From an uncultured Alphaproteobacteria bacterium (GTDB taxonomy: Bacteria; Pseudomonadota; Alphaproteobacteria; Sphingomonadales; Sphingomonadaceae), in contig CAVZPV010000005.1 in assembly GCA_963777295.1 (NCBI GenBank), forward strand, positions 64,325-128,324: a stretch of 64,000 bases of DNA, given 5' to 3'. Each line of letters starts with the position of its first letter. Position 1 is the stretch's first letter. Of this stretch, positions 59,418 to 64,000 are shown one piece after another. Below the pieces are notes generated by a model that saw only the letters and a list, made by a program, of their open reading frames with translations, had not been told where the DNA came from and ran no database searches. Both the position numbers and the translations under genes were made by a program.

Positions 59418-60342
59418 TCAGCGGCAGATGTCGTTCAGGATCGCGTTTGCCGTGTAAAGGGACGGGATGGCAATGCCCTTCGCCCGTGCCTTGGCGACGA
59501 GGCCGACCGGCTCGGGCGGCTGTGAGGGGTCGACGTCCGAGGCATAAGCCGGGTCGCGCTCCGCCTCGGGAAGGGTGACGAAGCGGAAGCCGAGCTCGCG
59601 ATAGAGGGCAATCAGGCGCGGGAGCATGTGCGCGTCGAAGGCGCCGATGTGCATCAGAAGCACATAGGGAATGTCGCGGCCGTAAAGCGCCTTGGAGAGC
59701 GTGCGGAAGCCGCGGGCATTCTCCCGCGCGGAATCGAGATAGGCCTGCTCCAGCCTGGCGACGGCGGCCTGGTCGTCCTTCGCGAGGCAGCGGGCATAGG
59801 GCTCGTTATAGGCATAATCGGCGAAGTCCATCGTCACCTGGGCGATGTGATAGCCGTGGCTTGCGAGGAAGCGGCGCACCTCCGCGCGCTTCGCGGGATC
59901 GGTTCCCTCCTGCAGGAAGGGGTAGCGGAACCAGTGCCAGTCCGCGCCGGCGCCGATCCGCTGCAGAAGCACGTCGTCGCGGGCGATCTGCGCCTCGTAA
60001 TCCGTGCGCGCTGAGATCGTTCAGATTGGGATGCGACCAGGTGTGGTTGCCGAGCGGGAATCCCGCCTGCCGCCAGGCGGGGAAGACAGCGTCGCTCCCG
60101 GGATTGGCTTCGGCGAAGCCGCCGTTGACGAAGCCGTAGACGCCGCTGATTCCCGCCGCCTTCAGCGCAGCGATGATCTTCTGAGCGATGTCGAGCCGGG
60201 TCTCACCCGCCGGCAGCGGTCCGTGGACCGGCAAATCGTCGAAGGTGAAGGCGATTTCCGGCGGCTGCTCGGGGCCGGCGAGGGCGGGAACGGCGATGGC
60301 GGCGAGAAGGATCGCAAGCAGGCGACGGACAAGGCGGGTCAT
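59418..60342 (-). CDS. Polysaccharide deacetylase (CE4), secreted (frameshift near 60003)
   Basis: IAFTFDDLP, GNHTWSH, FRYPFL.EG, VLLMH. Confidence 0.88.
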
Positions 60343-60497
60343 GCGACGCTCTTGGCATCGGCGCGGACGGGCGACAAGCGACGGCGCGTGAAACTTTCTT
60401 CCCCGCAGGCTCATTTTCCCCCGCGTCGAGGCTGGCTCGAAGCGCGCGCGGCCCGCTAGCCCGCTGGCGTACAGTGCGTAATCGAGGGAGGGATCCC

Positions 60498-61813
60498 ATC
60501 GCCAATTTCATGTTCGCCACCGGGATCGAGAACAGCATCCCGACCATCAATGGCGGCCGCACCCGCGTCGACGAGATGGAAGTGTGCGGCCATTACCGCC
60601 ACTGGCGCACGGACTTCGACTGCGTCGAGGAGCTCGGCATCCATTATCTGCGCTACGGGCCGGCAATCTACCGGACCTTTCTCGGCCCCGGGCAAATATG
60701 ATTGGGACTTCCCCGACCTCACCTTCCCGGAGCTGAAACGGCGCAACATCACGCCGATCGTCGATCTCTGCCATTTCGGAGTGTCCGGACTGGATCGGCA
60801 ATTTCCAGAATCCGGACTTCCCGCAGCTCTTCGCCACCTATGCCGGCGCCTTCGCCGAGCGCTTTCCCTGGGTGCAGCTCTACACGCCGGTCAACGAGAT
60901 GTTCATCTGCGCTGTCTTCTCCGCGAAATATGGCTGGTGGAACGAGCAGAAGACCGACGACCGCTCGTTCGTCACCGCGCTCAAGCATATCGTCAAGGCG
61001 AATGTCCTCGCCATGATCGAGATCTTGAAGCGGCGGCCGGACGCGATCTTCATCCAGTCCGAAAGCTCGGAATATTTCCACGCCGACAGCCCGGCAGCGA
61101 TCGGTCCGGCCGAGGTGATGAACTCGATGCGCTTCCTGTCGCTCGATCTCAATTACGGCCGCCGCGTCGACAGCGAGATGTACGAATATCTGCTCGATAA
61201 CGGGATGACGAAGGAGGAATATCATTTCTTCCTCAAGCACCGCCTGAAGCAGCACTGCATCCTCGGCAACGATTATTACATGACCAACGAGCATCGCGTG
61301 TTCGGCGACGGCCATACCGAGGCGTCAGGAGAGGTGTTCGGCTATAGCGAGATCACCCGCCAATATTATAACCGCTACCGGCTGCCGGTGATGCACACCG
61401 AGACCAACCTCAAGGAGGGCCCGACCGGACAGGAGGCGGTGCAATGGCTGTGGAAGGAATGGGCCAACGTCCTCCGGATCCGCAACGCGGCATTCCGACC
61501 GTCGGCTTCACCTGGTATTCGCTGACCGACCAGGTCGACTGGGACACCGCGCTTCGCGAGCAGAACCACAATGTCAATCCGCTCGGCCTGTTCGACCTCG
61601 ATCGCAACATCCGAAATGTCGGCAAGGCATATAAGAAGCTGATCGCGGACTGGCGCGACGTGCTGCCCGCCTCCAGCCTCTGCCTCGCCGTGCCGATCGT
61701 CGCCGCCCGCGCAATGGGATCGCCAGTTCGCACGCGAGCAGCAGGCGGATGCCGGCGCGACGTCTCGAAGGCTTCGTCACCGAACCTTCCCAGCCGGACG
61801 CCGGAACGCGTGA
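60498..61813 (+). CDS. Family 1 glycoside hydrolase (several frameshifts; ends approximate)
   Basis: FMFATGIENS.P, LRYG, PIVDLCHFG, YTPVNE (acid/base), HTETN (nucleophile), GFTWYSL.DQVDWD. Confidence 0.85.
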
Positions 61814-62954
61814 AGATCGCGCGCATCGAGACCTTCACCGTGCCGCCGCGCTGGCTGTTCGTCCGGGTCGAGTCGCGACGAGGGGGCGGTCGGCTGGGGT
61901 GAGGCGAGCCTCGAAGGCCATGCCGAGGCGGTCGACGGCGCGTTCGCCGCGCTTCGCGACCGGTTCATCGGCCACGATGCCGTTCCGCATCGAGGACGTG
62001 TGGCAGGTCGCCTATCGCGGCGGCTTCTACCGCGGCGGGCCGGTTTTGATGTCGGCGCTCGTCCGGGCTCGACCAGGCGTTGTGGGACTTGAAGGGCAGG
62101 GCGCTGGACCTGCCGGTCTGGCAGATGCTGGGCGGCAAGGTGCGCGACCGCATCCGCGGCCTATGCCTGGATCGGCGGCGACCGGCCGCACGAGATTGGC
62201 GATGCCGCCCGCTCGCGCCGCGAGCCAGGGCTTCTCGGCGGTGAAGATGAACGCCACCGCCGAGCTCGACTGGATCGGCACGCCCAAACTGTTCGACGAG
62301 GTGATCGAGCGGGTGAAGGCGGCGCAGGCCGAAGGGATGGACGTCGGCCTCGATTTCCACGGCCGGGTCCACCGGCCGATGGCCAAGCAGCTCGCCAAGG
62401 TGCTGGAGCCGCTCGGCCTGCTCTTCATCGAGGAGCCGTTGCTTTCGGAAAATCCCGAGGGGCTGGCGCAGATCGCCCACCTCGGCGCAACTCCGATCGC
62501 GCTCGGCGAGCGGCTCTATTCGCGCTGGGACTTCAAGCCCTTCTTCGAGAGCGGCGCGGTCGACATCATCCAGCCCGACCTCAGCCATGCCGGCGGCCTC
62601 TCCGAATGCCGCCGCATCGCCGCGATGGCCGAGGCCTATGACGTCGCGGTGGCGCCGCATTGCCCGCTCGGTCCGCTGGCGCTCGCCGCCTGCCTGCAGC
62701 TCGCCGCCACCGCGCCCAACGTCGCCATCCAGGAGATGTCGCTCGGCATCCACTACAATGTCGGCCACGATCTGCTCGAGTTCATCACCGACAAGGAGGT
62801 GCTGACGGCGGTCGACGGCTATCTGCCGATCCCGGAAGGGCCCGGCCTCGGCGTCACCATCGACGAGGCTGCAGTGCGCGAGGCCGACAAGGACCGGCAC
62901 CGCTGGCGCAATCCGGTCTGGCGACTGGCCGACGGCAGCTTCGCCGAATGGTGA
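61810..62954 (+). CDS. dgoD: Galactonate dehydratase (frameshifted)
   Basis: [77 protein letters not shown]. Confidence 0.93.
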
Positions 62955-62957
62955 GCC

Positions 62958-64000
62958 TCAGCGCCCGAAGCGGATTCGGGCCGAGGCGAAGAATGTGCGC
63001 GGCTCGCCGACCAGCGCGCCGGCGCCGTTGGCGGCGATGAACCAGCGCCGGTCGGACAGGTTGCGCACGCCAGCATTAAGCTCCCAGCGTCCGGAATCGT
63101 AGGTCAGCACCGCCTGCTCGGTGACATAGCCGGGCACGCGATTGGTGTTGAGGATGTTGCCGTACATCATGCTGCGGCTTTCGAGGCCTGCGCCGATCCG
63201 CAGCCCGTGCTTGTCGTCGCCAGTCAGCTGATAGTCGGTCCAGAGGTGGGCGATGCGGGCGGGGACGCCCTGCGGCACTTTGCCGGTCGCCGCCGGATTG
63301 GACGGATTGTCGGTGAGCCGCGCGCGCTGCAGCGTCGCATTGGCGGTCATCCGCCATCGCTTCGTCGCCTGGACGCTGAGATCGCCCTCGATGCCGCGCG
63401 TTTTCTGGTCGTTGAATACGGGCGTGTCACCGACCAGGGCGAAGACGTTGTCGCGGCGCGTGTCGAATGCGGCGGCGGTGAGGGCGAGCCGCCCGCGCAG
63501 GGCCGAGATCTTGACCCCGGCCTCATATTGCAGGCCGGTTTCGATCGGGGCGAGGCCGTTCTGGGTCGCTTCCGAGCTGAAGTTGACGAGATTGCTGCGG
63601 CTGACGCCCACATAGGGCGTGATCCCGGACGTGAGCCGGTAAAGGAGGCCGGCATTCCAGCTGAACGGCGCCTTGGCGCTGCGCTCGGTCACGCTGGGCT
63701 GGAAGAGCTGGCCGTTGGGATCGAGCCGCCCCGGCACGGAAATCTGCGGCGTCAGGGAAGTCCGGAACCAGTCCTGGCGTCCGCCGACGCGCAGCTTCAG
63801 CCGGCCGCTGAGGTCGATCTGGTCGGTCGCGTAGAGGCTGACATAGGTCGCGCGCAATTCGTCGATCGCGCCCGAATGCTTGGCGTCGCGCAGGAAGGTG
63901 AGATTGGCCTCGGTCTCGGGCGGCACGGGCGCGAAGATGTTTGGGATGGCGGGGATGTCGGCGGTGGCGCGGTTGGTGTCGAGTGCCTGGTGGCGGATCT
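62958..64000 (-). CDS. TonB-dependent (siderophore-type) receptor, C-terminal part; 5' end outside window
   Basis: YATDQI, GGRQD, QYEAGVK, TRGIE.D, V.NL.D..W, G.PRTF......F terminal beta-strand. Confidence 0.88.
   Translation of the reverse strand, partial: IRHQALDTNRATADIPAIPNIFAPVPPETEANLTFLRDAKHSGAIDELRATYVSLYATDQIDLSGRLKLRVGGRQDWFRTSLTPQISVPGRLDPNGQLFQPSVTERSAKAPFSWNAGLLYRLTSGITPYVGVSRSNLVNFSSEATQNGLAPIETGLQYEAGVKISALRGRLALTAAAFDTRRDNVFALVGDTPVFNDQKTRGIEGDLSVQATKRWRMTANATLQRARLTDNPSNPAATGKVPQGVPARIAHLWTDYQLTGDDKHGLRIGAGLESRSMMYGNILNTNRVPGYVTEQAVLTYDSGRWELNAGVRNLSDRRWFIAANGAGALVGEPRTFFASARIRFGR

Noticed and set aside
1-64000. Mass pseudogenisation or programmed frameshifting (putA, uvrD, pyrF, radA, dgoD, dgoK, GH5, GH1, patatin and others split)
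   Set aside because: Breaks are single-base indels scattered through conserved genes with otherwise intact motifs and no accumulation of in-frame stops, and even the tRNA T-loop has an extra base. This pattern fits uncorrected long-read errors.

Overview
High-GC alphaproteobacterial chromosome segment, most likely Sphingomonadaceae (inferred from gene order such as lapA-pyrF...accD-folC-ampG and radA-cvpA-iscU-like-kef, from fzlA, and from sphingomonad-type palindromic repeats). It holds about 63 genes, mostly housekeeping, envelope and carbohydrate functions, plus one tRNA-Leu(CAG). Roughly 20 genes, including pyrF, uvrD, radA, putA and dgoD, are broken by single-base frameshifts. These are most simply read as long-read indel errors, so split genes are reported as single CDS with approximate ends. 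Points that stand out: (1) a low-GC cassette at about 19.0-20.0 kb delimited by three copies of a ~24-bp TGTGTCCCCG(G/A)AA repeat, with no recombinase in the window; (2) a flippase + 2 GT4 + 2 CDP-alcohol phosphotransferase + NTP-transferase locus that could make an undescribed phosphodiester-linked glycolipid or polymer; (3) a decayed integrative islet at tRNA-Leu with an att-like repeat and an integrase C-terminal remnant; (4) palindromic elements read in frame within putA and rluB; (5) a coupled pair of double-YbjQ-domain genes; (6) no trpFBA between pyrF and accD; (7) LexA-like and EcfG-like regulatory motifs. All product calls come from motif recognition by eye; no database searches were run.
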